A DNA stretch of 64,000 nucleotides from Candidatus Nanoarchaeia archaeon (GTDB lineage: Bacteria > Patescibacteriota > Microgenomatia > Woykebacterales > RBG-16-39-9b): contig DATBWR010000004.1 of the NCBI GenBank assembly GCA_036514715.1, positions 73,147 to 137,146 on the forward strand. The letters are read 5' to 3'. Below the pieces are notes generated by a model, which saw nothing but the letters and a program-made list of their open reading frames with translations, had not been told where the DNA came from and ran no database searches. How positions within the stretch are numbered: position 1 is the stretch's first letter; every line of letters starts with the position of its first letter. This document shows positions 1 to 8,932 of the stretch, in pieces. A program made the translations under genes and the position numbers.

Positions 1-23
1 AACCGGGCTTTTAGTTGTAGTAG

Positions 24-593
24 CTAAATTTTACTTAACTCTTTAATAAGCGCCTCATTTTGAATTCCCATGTTGGGATCGTCTAAAGTACTACGAACAA
101 TACCTTTTTGATCAATAACTATATACGTGTGCCCCGGTGAATGGCCTTTGTGCATAGACGATGGTAAAGACAGCATGTCGTATTTTTTGGAGACTTCCTT
201 AGTCTGGTCCAGAAGAATAATTCCCTTAGCTAACTCCGGCATTTTCTTAGTTGCTTCTTGCCATTGGTCAAGGCTGTCGGGAACAATACTCAAAGTAATG
301 ATCTCATCGTTGTTGAGCCTGTTGTCAGTGCCTAAAGCTGCCATTTGATTCCAGCAGGCCGGATAACACATAATTCCTTCGTTGAAGAAAAGCACGACCT
401 TGCGTCCCTGTAGCTGGCTAAGGGTAATGCTTTTACCTTCATAACTTTTTAGGGAAAAGTCAGGCGCCGGTTTGCCCACCAGATTGTCTAGAGCTGTGGG
501 TGGAGACAGTTGGTTTTGACCATTCCTACTTATTAAAACCACGATGCCAATTATTATAATTGCAACCACAATCAGCGCTGCGGTAAATTTCAT
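24..593 (-). CDS. Membrane-anchored thioredoxin-fold protein (AhpC/TSA-peroxiredoxin or Sco-like)
   Basis: N-terminal TM helix; GKPAPDFSL and VVLFF motifs; CYPAC (CxxxC); H before YIVIDQKG. Confidence 0.7.
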   Translation of the reverse strand: MKFTAALIVVAIIIIGIVVLISRNGQNQLSPPTALDNLVGKPAPDFSLKSYEGKSITLSQLQGRKVVLFFNEGIMCYPACWNQMAALGTDNRLNNDEIITLSIVPDSLDQWQEATKKMPELAKGIILLDQTKEVSKKYDMLSLPSSMHKGHSPGHTYIVIDQKGIVRSTLDDPNMGIQNEALIKELSKI

Positions 594-1465
594 TTTTCCT
601 CCTTTTCTGAGCTTTGACTTTTAACTTGCCGATAAGCTAACCAAGCAATTATTACAAATAGAAAAATAAAAATAACTGCCCAGATAGCTTCGGGTATCAC
701 TTGAGTAGTACGACTAACCGTGCGGGTAATTTGCGCGAGCACTAAGTTAATTTCTAACTGATACTTAGAGCCGAAAATGTCCGGATTATTGCGTTCGAAT
801 AGCAGAATTAGCACGCCAAAAAGTACGAACAAGATCCCGGAGATTAAATGAGAAAGATTAACCGAAATTTGTTTTCCCAATAGTCTGTAGCTAATCCGCT
901 TGCGCAAGGACTGAAATTTAGCCAAGAGATTGGTACGGTCAGTTAGTAAAGCCACGATAAATAAAGGTATGACCATGCCGGTTACAAAAACAAGAGCATA
1001 AATTGCCCCCAGCAGCCACGATCCTGGAAGAGCTGATAAGGCCAGAACTCCAGCGAGTACTGGTGCGCAGCAAGTTGTGGCGATTCCAGAGAAGATTCCC
1101 AGCACGTATATAGATCCAAAGTCATAACCCTTTAACTGCGGTTTAACGTGGATTGGGAGCATAAAGTTCTTGCCTAGAATTAAACTGATACCCAAAATAA
1201 CCATGAAAACACCACCGAGAGTGAAGATAACATTATGATAGCGACTAAAAGCCTCTCCTAGGCTAGCTATACCTAAACCTAGAGGTACAAAGACTGTCAG
1301 TAGGCCTAAATAGTAAACAAAGGTCATCAGAAAAATTTTTGCCTTTGTTCTGAAAACTGAGGCCAGATAAGCTGGGAGTAAGACACCGACACAACAAGGT
1401 GCAAATAAAGCGGCCATACCCGCTAGAAAAGCAGTTATAAACGAGGCTGTCTCAACTATTCCCAT
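590..1465 (-). CDS. CcdA/DsbD-type transmembrane electron transporter (cytochrome c biogenesis family)
   Basis: AFLAGMAALFAPCC and CCAPVL motifs, multiple TM helices; overlaps the thioredoxin-fold gene by 4 nt. Confidence 0.75.
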   Translation of the reverse strand: MGIVETASFITAFLAGMAALFAPCCVGVLLPAYLASVFRTKAKIFLMTFVYYLGLLTVFVPLGLGIASLGEAFSRYHNVIFTLGGVFMVILGISLILGKNFMLPIHVKPQLKGYDFGSIYVLGIFSGIATTCCAPVLAGVLALSALPGSWLLGAIYALVFVTGMVIPLFIVALLTDRTNLLAKFQSLRKRISYRLLGKQISVNLSHLISGILFVLFGVLILLFERNNPDIFGSKYQLEINLVLAQITRTVSRTTQVIPEAIWAVIFIFLFVIIAWLAYRQVKSQSSEKEEK

Positions 1466-1477
1466 AAAAACTGCTCC

Positions 1478-1924
1478 TTACTTTTCATTACAACAATCCA
1501 TCACATTTTCTACCAGCGAGCGTTTACCTGGATCATTTCGATAAATAAAGAGAACCCAGGTAGTTATCCAAAGTCCAAAAAGTACGCTGAGAATTAACAA
1601 AACATTACTAAGAGGGTTGACTAAGTAGTAAGCAAGTGTAGTTAGGGACAAGAAGAACGGAAGTGTAAAAATTCGCAGCTCCTTGGCTATATGCCGTTGT
1701 GTGTAATAATAAATTCCCGTTACACTTTCACCTAACAGTAGAGCTAACAGAGGAAGATCAGTAAAGCGATTTAACTTAGCAAGGACAAAAAGTCCTATCC
1801 AGGTAAGGCTGACACTTACACAGAGCACACAGAACTTTATTCCGAACACCTTTTTAACCAGAAGTAGTATTCCAAAGAAAGCGACAATTGCTAACAGAAC
1901 GTTGACTAACACAGTGGCCTCCAA
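1478..1924 (-). CDS. Hypothetical 4-TM membrane protein with CxxC and C-terminal CC
   Basis: Hydrophobic ORF, CVLC motif, DCC at the C-terminus; start codon uncertain. Confidence 0.6.
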   Translation of the reverse strand: MEATVLVNVLLAIVAFFGILLLVKKVFGIKFCVLCVSVSLTWIGLFVLAKLNRFTDLPLLALLLGESVTGIYYYTQRHIAKELRIFTLPFFLSLTTLAYYLVNPLSNVLLILSVLFGLWITTWVLFIYRNDPGKRSLVENVMDCCNEK

Positions 1925-1999
1925 GTTGGTTGATTACAGTTTTGCTTCATAAACCAGAGAACATTGTAAACTGTTAAGAGTATACTCTTTTAAAGAGAT

Positions 2000-2019
2000 A
2001 TATTCAAGTATTCGAATAT
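2000..2019. promoter_or_regulatory. Probable ArsR/SmtB-type operator in the divergent promoter region
   Basis: Imperfect palindrome ATATTCAAGTATTCGAATAT just upstream of the -10 (TAGAAT 2034-2039) of the ArsR gene. Confidence 0.55.
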
Positions 2020-2045
2020 TATGAAGATTGTGGTAGAATTACTGT

Positions 2046-2564
2046 ATGTATAACAAGATTTTCCTTTTAGAGGAAGAAGTTTTTAAGGTAATGGCTAATC
2101 AAAAAAGATTGGAGATTATTCAGCTGTTAAAACATCAAGAATTAAGCGTGTCTGAAATGGTTAGTATGCTTGGTATTCGTCAAGCCAATTTATCACAGCA
2201 CCTTGCACTTTTAAGGCAAAGGAATTTATTAAAAGTCCGTAAAGATGGACAGAAAGTTTATTATCGGTTAGCGGATAAGAGAATAGCTAAAGCAGTTGAC
2301 TTTATATTTCACTTCTTAGAGTCCCAACAACGTTTTGATTCCGTGGAGTCGGCGGTAATAGACCGTGCTGATATTTACCCGATAGTTAAAGATCCAGTTT
2401 GTGGGATGAGAATGAGTATTCAGGAAACTTTCGATAGTACACAATACGCTGGAGTTACGTATTATTTTTGTGCTAGTGGTTGTAAATCAAAATTCCTGTC
2501 CCAACCTCGCTCGTACGCAAAAAAGATGGAGGCTTATAAAACCAATCTAAGGCCAAATAGTTAA
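2046..2564 (+). CDS. ArsR/SmtB transcriptional regulator fused to a C-terminal YHS metal-binding domain
   Basis: FKVMANQKRLEII...SQHLALLR...VYYRL ArsR HTH; DPVCGM...YYFCASGC YHS signature. Confidence 0.85.
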   Translation: MYNKIFLLEEEVFKVMANQKRLEIIQLLKHQELSVSEMVSMLGIRQANLSQHLALLRQRNLLKVRKDGQKVYYRLADKRIAKAVDFIFHFLESQQRFDSVESAVIDRADIYPIVKDPVCGMRMSIQETFDSTQYAGVTYYFCASGCKSKFLSQPRSYAKKMEAYKTNLRPNS

Positions 2565-2619
2565 TCAGAAGATTGTAATGACCCGTAAGCATAATAATTA
2601 GTTAGGAGGTGGTAAAGGT

Positions 2620-3024
2620 ATGTCAAAGGAGATTCAATACGGCTTGGGTGGGTTAGTTGTTGGTGTCCTGATTACTGTTTTTGTTGCTTCAACTGCAGTC
2701 AACAGTGGTAATAACGGCATGATGCGAATGATGGGTATGAATACAGACAGAATGATCGAAGAAGTTGACGAACATGGGATGATGGGAATGGGGTCAAGCA
2801 TGGATGAGATGATGAATTCTCTAGAAGGTAAAAGTGGCGACAGCTTTGACGAAGCGTTCATATCAGCGATGATTATTCATCACGAAGGAGCTATTGATAT
2901 GGCCGAAGAAGCGAAAAAGAGTGCTAAACATCAAGAAATAAAAGACCTTGCTGACGACATCATTGAGGCTCAGACAAGTGAAATAAATCAAATGAAAGAT
3001 TGGCAGGAAAGTTGGGGATATTAA
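2620..3024 (+). CDS. DUF305/CopM-like Met-rich copper-binding protein
   Basis: TM anchor, Met-rich linker, FISAMIIHHEGAIDMA...IIEAQTSEI; RBS AGGAGGT. Confidence 0.8.
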   Translation: MSKEIQYGLGGLVVGVLITVFVASTAVNSGNNGMMRMMGMNTDRMIEEVDEHGMMGMGSSMDEMMNSLEGKSGDSFDEAFISAMIIHHEGAIDMAEEAKKSAKHQEIKDLADDIIEAQTSEINQMKDWQESWGY

Positions 3025-3054
3025 CTTATTAATCTACAGAAAGAGGTGGTCAAA

Positions 3055-3183
3055 ATGATGGATGGTTATTTTGGAATGAATATGGGGTCGTTCGGTACTC
3101 TAATGTGGTTAACTTGGGTGTTAGTACTTGTTGCTTTAGTTCTCGGTATCATCTGGCTGTGGAAGCAGATAAATAAAAAATAA
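3055..3183 (+). CDS. Small 42-aa membrane protein not in the ORF track (MMDGYFGMNMGSFGTLMWLTWVLVLVALVLGIIWLWKQINKK)
   Basis: RBS GAGGTGG, ATG 3055, TAA 3181-3183, Met/Gly-rich N-terminus plus one TM helix; fills the gap within the operon. Confidence 0.75.
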   Translation: MMDGYFGMNMGSFGTLMWLTWVLVLVALVLGIIWLWKQINKK

Positions 3184-3190
3184 GGAATTA

Positions 3191-4300
3191 ATGTTGTTCA
3201 TCGCCTTAAAAAACCTTTTTCAAGAGAAAACCCGCCTTTTTATCAGTGTTGGCGGAGTTGCCTTTAGTGTTCTTTTGATCCTGATCTTACAAGGTCTCCT
3301 TCAAGGTTTTAGTTTTCGGATTGGTGAATACATTCGAAAGCAGGATGCAGACCTATGGGTTGGGGATGCCAGAGCCCGCGATATGTTTCACAGTATTTCC
3401 CTACTTTCAATCGCTGATGAGGAAAAAATTGAAGGAGTTGAAGGGGTGGAAAGTGTCAGCCCATTTTTAGCTCGGCAAGTTGTGGTTGCTACAGCGCATA
3501 AGGAAACTGCTACATACTTTATTGGCTATGATGCAACTACCGGAGTTGGAGGTCCAACTAAGGTAGTTGAGGGGAAGGAAACTCCTTCAAACGGAGAGAT
3601 AATTGTCGATCGAGTTTTTGCGGGTAATCATAAAGTTAAAATCGGTGACAACCTGATAGTAGGTCAAAGTAACTTCAAAGTGGTTGGTGTTTCTACCGGT
3701 ACAAATTTAGTTTCCTTTCAGTACTCTTTTGTTACCAAGGAAGATGCGGAAAGAACCTTGAGCATGACAGGGCAAACCAACTACTTTGTAGTTAAACTTA
3801 AGGACAATAGTGATAGGGAACGAGTTGCACAGGAAATTAAACAGAACTTACCAACTGTCAAAGTCTTTACCAAAGAAGAATTTGTTGACCGCAACACCGA
3901 GATTGTCAGAGATACTTTCTTGCCGGTTGTCAGGGTGCTGCTTGTAATTGGTTTCATTGTGGGTGTAGCGGTCATTGGTCTGACCATTTACACCTCTACA
4001 GTTGAAAAATCCAAGGAATATGGTGTTCTCAAAGCTATTGGTGTTAGAAATAGCCAGCTTTACAAAATGGTCTTCGCCCAGTCTCTCGTCGCCGGTGTTT
4101 CAGGTTTTCTTTTCGGCTCACTAATGGCACTGGTAGTAAACCTGGTGATTGATCGTTTCGTTCCAGCTTTTATTACTTATTTCAGATTAATTGATTTTGG
4201 TTGGGTGTTCTTAGCAAGCGTTCTAATGGCAATTCTAGCTTCTTACATTCCAATTAGAAGAATTGCCATGGTCAATCCAGCGGAGGTTTTTAAAGGATGA
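3191..4300 (+). CDS. ABC transporter permease, MacB/FtsX family
   Basis: N-terminal TM, large extracytoplasmic domain, EYGVLKAIG motif, 3 C-terminal TMs. Confidence 0.85.
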   Translation: MLFIALKNLFQEKTRLFISVGGVAFSVLLILILQGLLQGFSFRIGEYIRKQDADLWVGDARARDMFHSISLLSIADEEKIEGVEGVESVSPFLARQVVVATAHKETATYFIGYDATTGVGGPTKVVEGKETPSNGEIIVDRVFAGNHKVKIGDNLIVGQSNFKVVGVSTGTNLVSFQYSFVTKEDAERTLSMTGQTNYFVVKLKDNSDRERVAQEIKQNLPTVKVFTKEEFVDRNTEIVRDTFLPVVRVLLVIGFIVGVAVIGLTIYTSTVEKSKEYGVLKAIGVRNSQLYKMVFAQSLVAGVSGFLFGSLMALVVNLVIDRFVPAFITYFRLIDFGWVFLASVLMAILASYIPIRRIAMVNPAEVFKG

Positions 4301-5013
4301 GTTTAGTTGCTAACAACATAACCAAGGTTTTTGGCAAAGGTCACACCTCTGTAAAAGCAGTCAATAATGTCTCTTTGAATATTTTACCAGGAGAAGTAGT
4401 TTTGATAATGGGACCGTCAGGTAGTGGTAAGACTACACTGATTACAATTTTAGGAGGTTTGCTTTCACCTAATGAGGGTTCTGTAGTCATAAACCACGAA
4501 GACATTACCAAGTTGAAGGAGGATAAACTGCCAAGTTTTAGGTTGGAAAATATTGGCTTTATCTTCCAATCATTTAATATCCTCTCTGCTCTAAATGCAA
4601 CTGAAAATGTCGCTGTGCCATTAATAGCGCGTGGTATCAGTCAGAAAAAAGCCACCGAGGCCGCCCAAGATTTTTTGAAAAGGTTGGGTTTGGGCGAGCG
4701 GTTAAACAACAGACCTTCAGATCTTTCAGGTGGTGAAAAGCAAAGAGTAGCTATAGCTAGAGCTTTAGTCACCAACCCTAGTATTATTTTGGCGGACGAG
4801 CCAACCGCCAATTTGGATTCTAAAAACGGCCACGAAGTTATGTTGAAACTGTGTGGTGTTGCCTGTGAGGAAAATAAGTCGGTGGTTATCGTTAGCCATG
4901 ATCAGAGAATTAAAGACATTGCTCACCGCGTACTCTGGATTGAAGACGGAAAATTGACTAAAGAAGAAGAGGGTAATCACAAAAAGGTCTGCCCGCACGA
5001 GAATTTAGTTTGA
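4297..5013 (+). CDS. ABC transporter ATP-binding protein (LolD/MacB-like)
   Basis: GPSGSGKT, LSGGEKQRVAIARAL, ILADEPTANLD. Confidence 0.92.
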   Translation: MSLVANNITKVFGKGHTSVKAVNNVSLNILPGEVVLIMGPSGSGKTTLITILGGLLSPNEGSVVINHEDITKLKEDKLPSFRLENIGFIFQSFNILSALNATENVAVPLIARGISQKKATEAAQDFLKRLGLGERLNNRPSDLSGGEKQRVAIARALVTNPSIILADEPTANLDSKNGHEVMLKLCGVACEENKSVVIVSHDQRIKDIAHRVLWIEDGKLTKEEEGNHKKVCPHENLV

Positions 5014-5041
5014 ATATGTTAACAAACAAAACTAAGAAAAG

Positions 5042-5434
5042 ATGAAACTGCTTAGAGGCTTTATATCCTGGATAGCAACTCCCTTGGTGTCAATATGCCC
5101 ACTTTGCACTTTCACAGCTGCCTTTATTGCCTTGGGACAGGTAAGTTTCCTTTTCGCTATAGCTAGAGTTCTAATTCCGATACTATTTGTTCTGATTTCA
5201 ATTTCTGTTTTCAGTTTTTATCTCAGCTACCGGTCGCACCGTAACCCTTACCCATTCCTGGCAGCTGTTTTTGGTGGGGCTATCTTAATTTATGGAAACT
5301 TAGCCTTTGGAGCCAGTATTTTATTTCAGATGATTGGGATTCTACTTTTAAGTTCGGCAGCTTTGGTGGATCTGAATATTAGACTGTCAAATGAAAAAAC
5401 TGGAAAAGAAGGAAAAACAGAACAGTTAAATTAG
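5042..5434 (+). CDS. MerC-like small membrane metal transport protein
   Basis: CPLC in the first TM, 4 TMs, YRSHR loop. Confidence 0.5.
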   Translation: MKLLRGFISWIATPLVSICPLCTFTAAFIALGQVSFLFAIARVLIPILFVLISISVFSFYLSYRSHRNPYPFLAAVFGGAILIYGNLAFGASILFQMIGILLLSSAALVDLNIRLSNEKTGKEGKTEQLN

Positions 5435-5447
5435 AATTCGAGGTATT

Positions 5448-6149
5448 ATGCAATTTGCCTATTTAATCGGTAGTTTAAGCTTATCTCTAATCTGGGTTGT
5501 TATTTGGTTCTCTTTGAAGTCAAAGGAGAGCCGAGCCGAAATGGTTAAGGTCAGTTTGGCGACTTCACTTTTGGGTTTTACCGAACCGATTTTTGTGCCA
5601 GCCTATTGGAACCCGCCGACTCTATTTAATTTGGCTAGCAAAACAGGCTTTGATCTGGAAAGCTTAGTTTTTGCTTTTGCGGTTGGTGGTATCGCTGTGG
5701 CCGCTTATGAACTGTTTTGGAAGGGTCGACATCAAGAGATTACCCAAGAGGAGAGGCATCACCCCCAACACAAGTTCCATCTTTGGGCACTTCTGGCCGC
5801 GCCGGTAAGTTTTCTAATCCTCTTTTTAGCAACAAGCTTAAACCCAATCTATTCAACCGTTACAGCTCTCTTGGTCGGGGCAGTCGCCACCTTCTATTGC
5901 CGGCCGGATCTGATTAGAAAAATGGTTAGCAGCGGTCTACTATTTTTGAGTGTGTATTTTTTCTTCTTCCTGGTTTTTAATCTTTTGTTTCCCGGTTACA
6001 CGGAAGAAGTTTGGAATTTGAAGGCGATTTCCGGAATTTTAATACTTAAAGTACCATTGGAAGAACTTTTGTTTGCTTTCAGCTTTGGTTTAATGTGGTC
6101 CAGCGTTTATGAACATACATCCTGGAGGATTTACAAGGAAAAACCATGA
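5448..6149 (+). CDS. Lycopene-cyclase-domain membrane protein
   Basis: Duplicated membrane repeat with YWNP..LF and PLEELLFAF motifs; His-rich loop. Confidence 0.6.
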   Translation: MQFAYLIGSLSLSLIWVVIWFSLKSKESRAEMVKVSLATSLLGFTEPIFVPAYWNPPTLFNLASKTGFDLESLVFAFAVGGIAVAAYELFWKGRHQEITQEERHHPQHKFHLWALLAAPVSFLILFLATSLNPIYSTVTALLVGAVATFYCRPDLIRKMVSSGLLFLSVYFFFFLVFNLLFPGYTEEVWNLKAISGILILKVPLEELLFAFSFGLMWSSVYEHTSWRIYKEKP

Positions 6150-6655
6150 TCACTTCGAAGACCAAAACAATTTTGTTAGTAATTATTTTTGCAATCGCCT
6201 TCGCTTTCGTGGAAGCCTCGGTTGTGGTTTATTTACGACATCTTCTCGGAGCTGGTTTCAACCCGCCGCAAGTGAGTAAAGGACAGATTTTGTTTTTAAT
6301 CCCTGGTATAGCCTTTCTTGATCCAAAGACGGCTGTTTCGGTAATCAGGGAATCAGAGATACTTAGAATTGAACAGTTCAGGGAGGCAGCGACTTTGGTA
6401 ATTCTTGCTAGTGTAGCTTTTTTGACCGCCAAAAACTGGTGGCAAAGACTGGCCTACTTTCTTCTTGCCTTTGGTGTCTGGGATATTTTTTACTATATGT
6501 TCTTGCGTCTCACTATTGGCTGGCCGAGATCTTTAGCCGACCTGGATATCTTCTTCTTGCTGCCTTTTCCTTGGGTTGGTCCGGTGATAACTCCAGTGGC
6601 TATCTCCGCCTTGCTGATTTTGACAAGTTTTATAATCTTAAAAAGAAAGGATTAA
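6146..6655 (+). CDS. Conserved hypothetical membrane protein
   Basis: EASVVVYLR, REAATLV, WDIFYY, DIFFLLPFPW motifs; translationally coupled to the upstream gene. Confidence 0.65.
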   Translation: MITSKTKTILLVIIFAIAFAFVEASVVVYLRHLLGAGFNPPQVSKGQILFLIPGIAFLDPKTAVSVIRESEILRIEQFREAATLVILASVAFLTAKNWWQRLAYFLLAFGVWDIFYYMFLRLTIGWPRSLADLDIFFLLPFPWVGPVITPVAISALLILTSFIILKRKD

Positions 6656-6659
6656 AATT

Positions 6660-8921
6660 ATGAATGATGAAGTTAGTAGCAAAACTTACACTTGTCCAAT
6701 GCATCCTGAAGTGCAGCAGGACAAACCTGGGTCCTGTCCCAAGTGCGGGATGACTCTTGTTCCAACTGAAAAGAAACCTCTGCAAGAGGGTGAGCACGGG
6801 ACTCATACGAATCACGAGATGAAACCCTCTTCCGAAATGAGCTTCCTGGAGCGGTTCCGGATGAGTATGACTATGAGCATGGGGATGGAACACACTGGTC
6901 TTGCCGGCAGAGAGATGGCCAGACTGATGGAACTAGATATTCGCAACAAGTTCTTCTTTGCCTTGGTTTTGTCAGCCCCAATCATCGCTTACTCACCATT
7001 AGGTACAGAGTTTTTCAAACTAAACTTGCCGGAACCGATTCCAGCAACCTGGATACTATTTATTTTAACGACCCCAGTCTTTTTCTATTCGGGCTGGATT
7101 TTTCTTTACTCCACCTACAAAGCACTACAGGCAAAAACTCTCAATATGGCAGTTTTAATTGCTGTTGGAATTACTGCTGCTTACGCCTTTAGTGTTTTAC
7201 TTAGCTTTTTAGGAAGCACAGACTCATATTATGAGGCCGCTGCTCTACTAATTACTTTTGTTCTCTTTGGGCATTGGATGGAGATGAAATCGCGTCGTGG
7301 CACAACTGATGCCCTCCAAGCCCTTTTTGCTCTAGTACCACCGCAAGCAAGAGTTATAAGTGACGGCTCGCCTCGCTTCGCGGTCGAAGCGGGTAAAGAA
7401 CAGGTAGTCCCGACTTCAGAGGTAAAATTAAATGACGTTGTAGTTCTTAAACCTGGCGATAAAGTGCCGGTTGACGGAGAAATTATTGAGGGAGAAACAG
7501 CAATTGATGAGTCCTTAGTCACCGGAGAATCGGTTCCAGTAGAGCGAAAATCGGGGGACATGGTAATAGGTGGATCAATTAATTTATCAGGATCGGTAAA
7601 GTTTGAAGCGACCAAAATTGGCCAAGACACTGCTCTTGCTCAAATTGTCAAAATGGTGGAAATTGCCCAAAATTCCAAGGCTCCAGGGCAAAAGCTAGCT
7701 GATCGTTTTGCCAAATACTTAGTAATCGTTGCTGTGGGTGGTGGACTTATTACTTTTGTAGTTTGGTATTTCATTCTTGGAGCGCCAATACTTCTTGCAC
7801 TAACCTTTGCCATCTCAACTGTCGTTATTGCTTGTCCTGACGCGTTAGGTTTGGCAACCCCAACAGCTGTAGCAGTCGGAACTGGTCTTGGGGCAAAACA
7901 TAATATTCTAATTAAAGATGCGACTACGCTTGAGCAAACATCCAAAATTCAGGCAGTAGTGACGGATAAAACAGGAACGCTTACGCAAGGTAAGCCAAAA
8001 ATTACCAGTATTGCGACACTTAATAGTTTTGATGAAAATGATGCATTGCAACTGATTGGAGCTGCTGAGGCAAAATCCTCACATCCTCTTTCAAATGCAG
8101 TGCTTGAAGAACTGAAAAAAAGAGACCTCTCACTTCCACAAAAGGTTGAGAAATTTCAAAATCTTTCTGGACTTGGAGTAAAAGCGGAAGTTTCCGGGAA
8201 GCAAGTGTTAGTGGGAACTAAAAGGTTAATGAATGAAAATAAGATTGATACGAGTTCCCTTGAAAAAGATATTATTACATTTCAAGAAAACGGTGAAACT
8301 ATTATGCTTCTCGCTGTTGATAACAAATTAGTAGCAATTGTCGGAGCTATTGACCCCATTAAGGAAAATTCAAAAAAAGCAGTTGACCGCCTCAATGAGC
8401 TGGGAATTGAAACAGCCATGATCACTGGGGACAATGAAAAAACTGCCCAAATTGTAGCTAAGAAGATCGGTATTAAAAGAGTCTTTGCTGATGTTCTCCC
8501 CGAAGAGAAAGCTAATTATGTCAAGAAACTACAAGAGGAAGGGAAATTTGTAGCTATGGTGGGGGATGGAGTCAACGATGCACCAGCCTTAGCCCAAGCT
8601 GATATTGGCATCGCAATTGGAGCGGGTACTGATGTGGCCATTGAAACCGCCAAGGTAGTGCTGATGAGATCAGACCCAGCTGATGTTTTGCGGGCAATTC
8701 GTTTGAGTAAAGCAACTGTGACCAAGATGAAACAAAACCTTTTTTGGGCTTCAATCTACAACCTTTTGGCAATTCCCGTTGCCGCTGGTATCCTTTATCC
8801 TAATTTTGGTATTTCGCTACGACCGGAAGTCTCTGCTCTCTTGATGAGTGCTTCTTCGATCATTGTCGCTACTAACGCAGTGCTGCTCAACCGATCTGAA
8901 AAAGATCTAATTAAAGTCTAA
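6660..8921 (+). CDS. copA: Copper-translocating P1B-type ATPase
   Basis: N-terminal YTCPMHP...CPKCGM, TGES, CPD in TM6, DKTGT, HP, GDGVNDAPAL, YN..AIP and MSASS. Confidence 0.92.
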   Translation: MNDEVSSKTYTCPMHPEVQQDKPGSCPKCGMTLVPTEKKPLQEGEHGTHTNHEMKPSSEMSFLERFRMSMTMSMGMEHTGLAGREMARLMELDIRNKFFFALVLSAPIIAYSPLGTEFFKLNLPEPIPATWILFILTTPVFFYSGWIFLYSTYKALQAKTLNMAVLIAVGITAAYAFSVLLSFLGSTDSYYEAAALLITFVLFGHWMEMKSRRGTTDALQALFALVPPQARVISDGSPRFAVEAGKEQVVPTSEVKLNDVVVLKPGDKVPVDGEIIEGETAIDESLVTGESVPVERKSGDMVIGGSINLSGSVKFEATKIGQDTALAQIVKMVEIAQNSKAPGQKLADRFAKYLVIVAVGGGLITFVVWYFILGAPILLALTFAISTVVIACPDALGLATPTAVAVGTGLGAKHNILIKDATTLEQTSKIQAVVTDKTGTLTQGKPKITSIATLNSFDENDALQLIGAAEAKSSHPLSNAVLEELKKRDLSLPQKVEKFQNLSGLGVKAEVSGKQVLVGTKRLMNENKIDTSSLEKDIITFQENGETIMLLAVDNKLVAIVGAIDPIKENSKKAVDRLNELGIETAMITGDNEKTAQIVAKKIGIKRVFADVLPEEKANYVKKLQEEGKFVAMVGDGVNDAPALAQADIGIAIGAGTDVAIETAKVVLMRSDPADVLRAIRLSKATVTKMKQNLFWASIYNLLAIPVAAGILYPNFGISLRPEVSALLMSASSIIVATNAVLLNRSEKDLIKV
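7367..7393. repeat. 27-bp GC-rich palindromic in-frame insertion in copA (encodes SPRFAVEAG)
   Basis: CTCGCCTCGCTTCGCGGTCGAAGCGGG with perfect stem CGCTTCG/CGAAGCG; interrupts the usual ARV..DG-KE...VP loop. Confidence 0.6.
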
Positions 8922-8932
8922 TTCAAAAAGTT

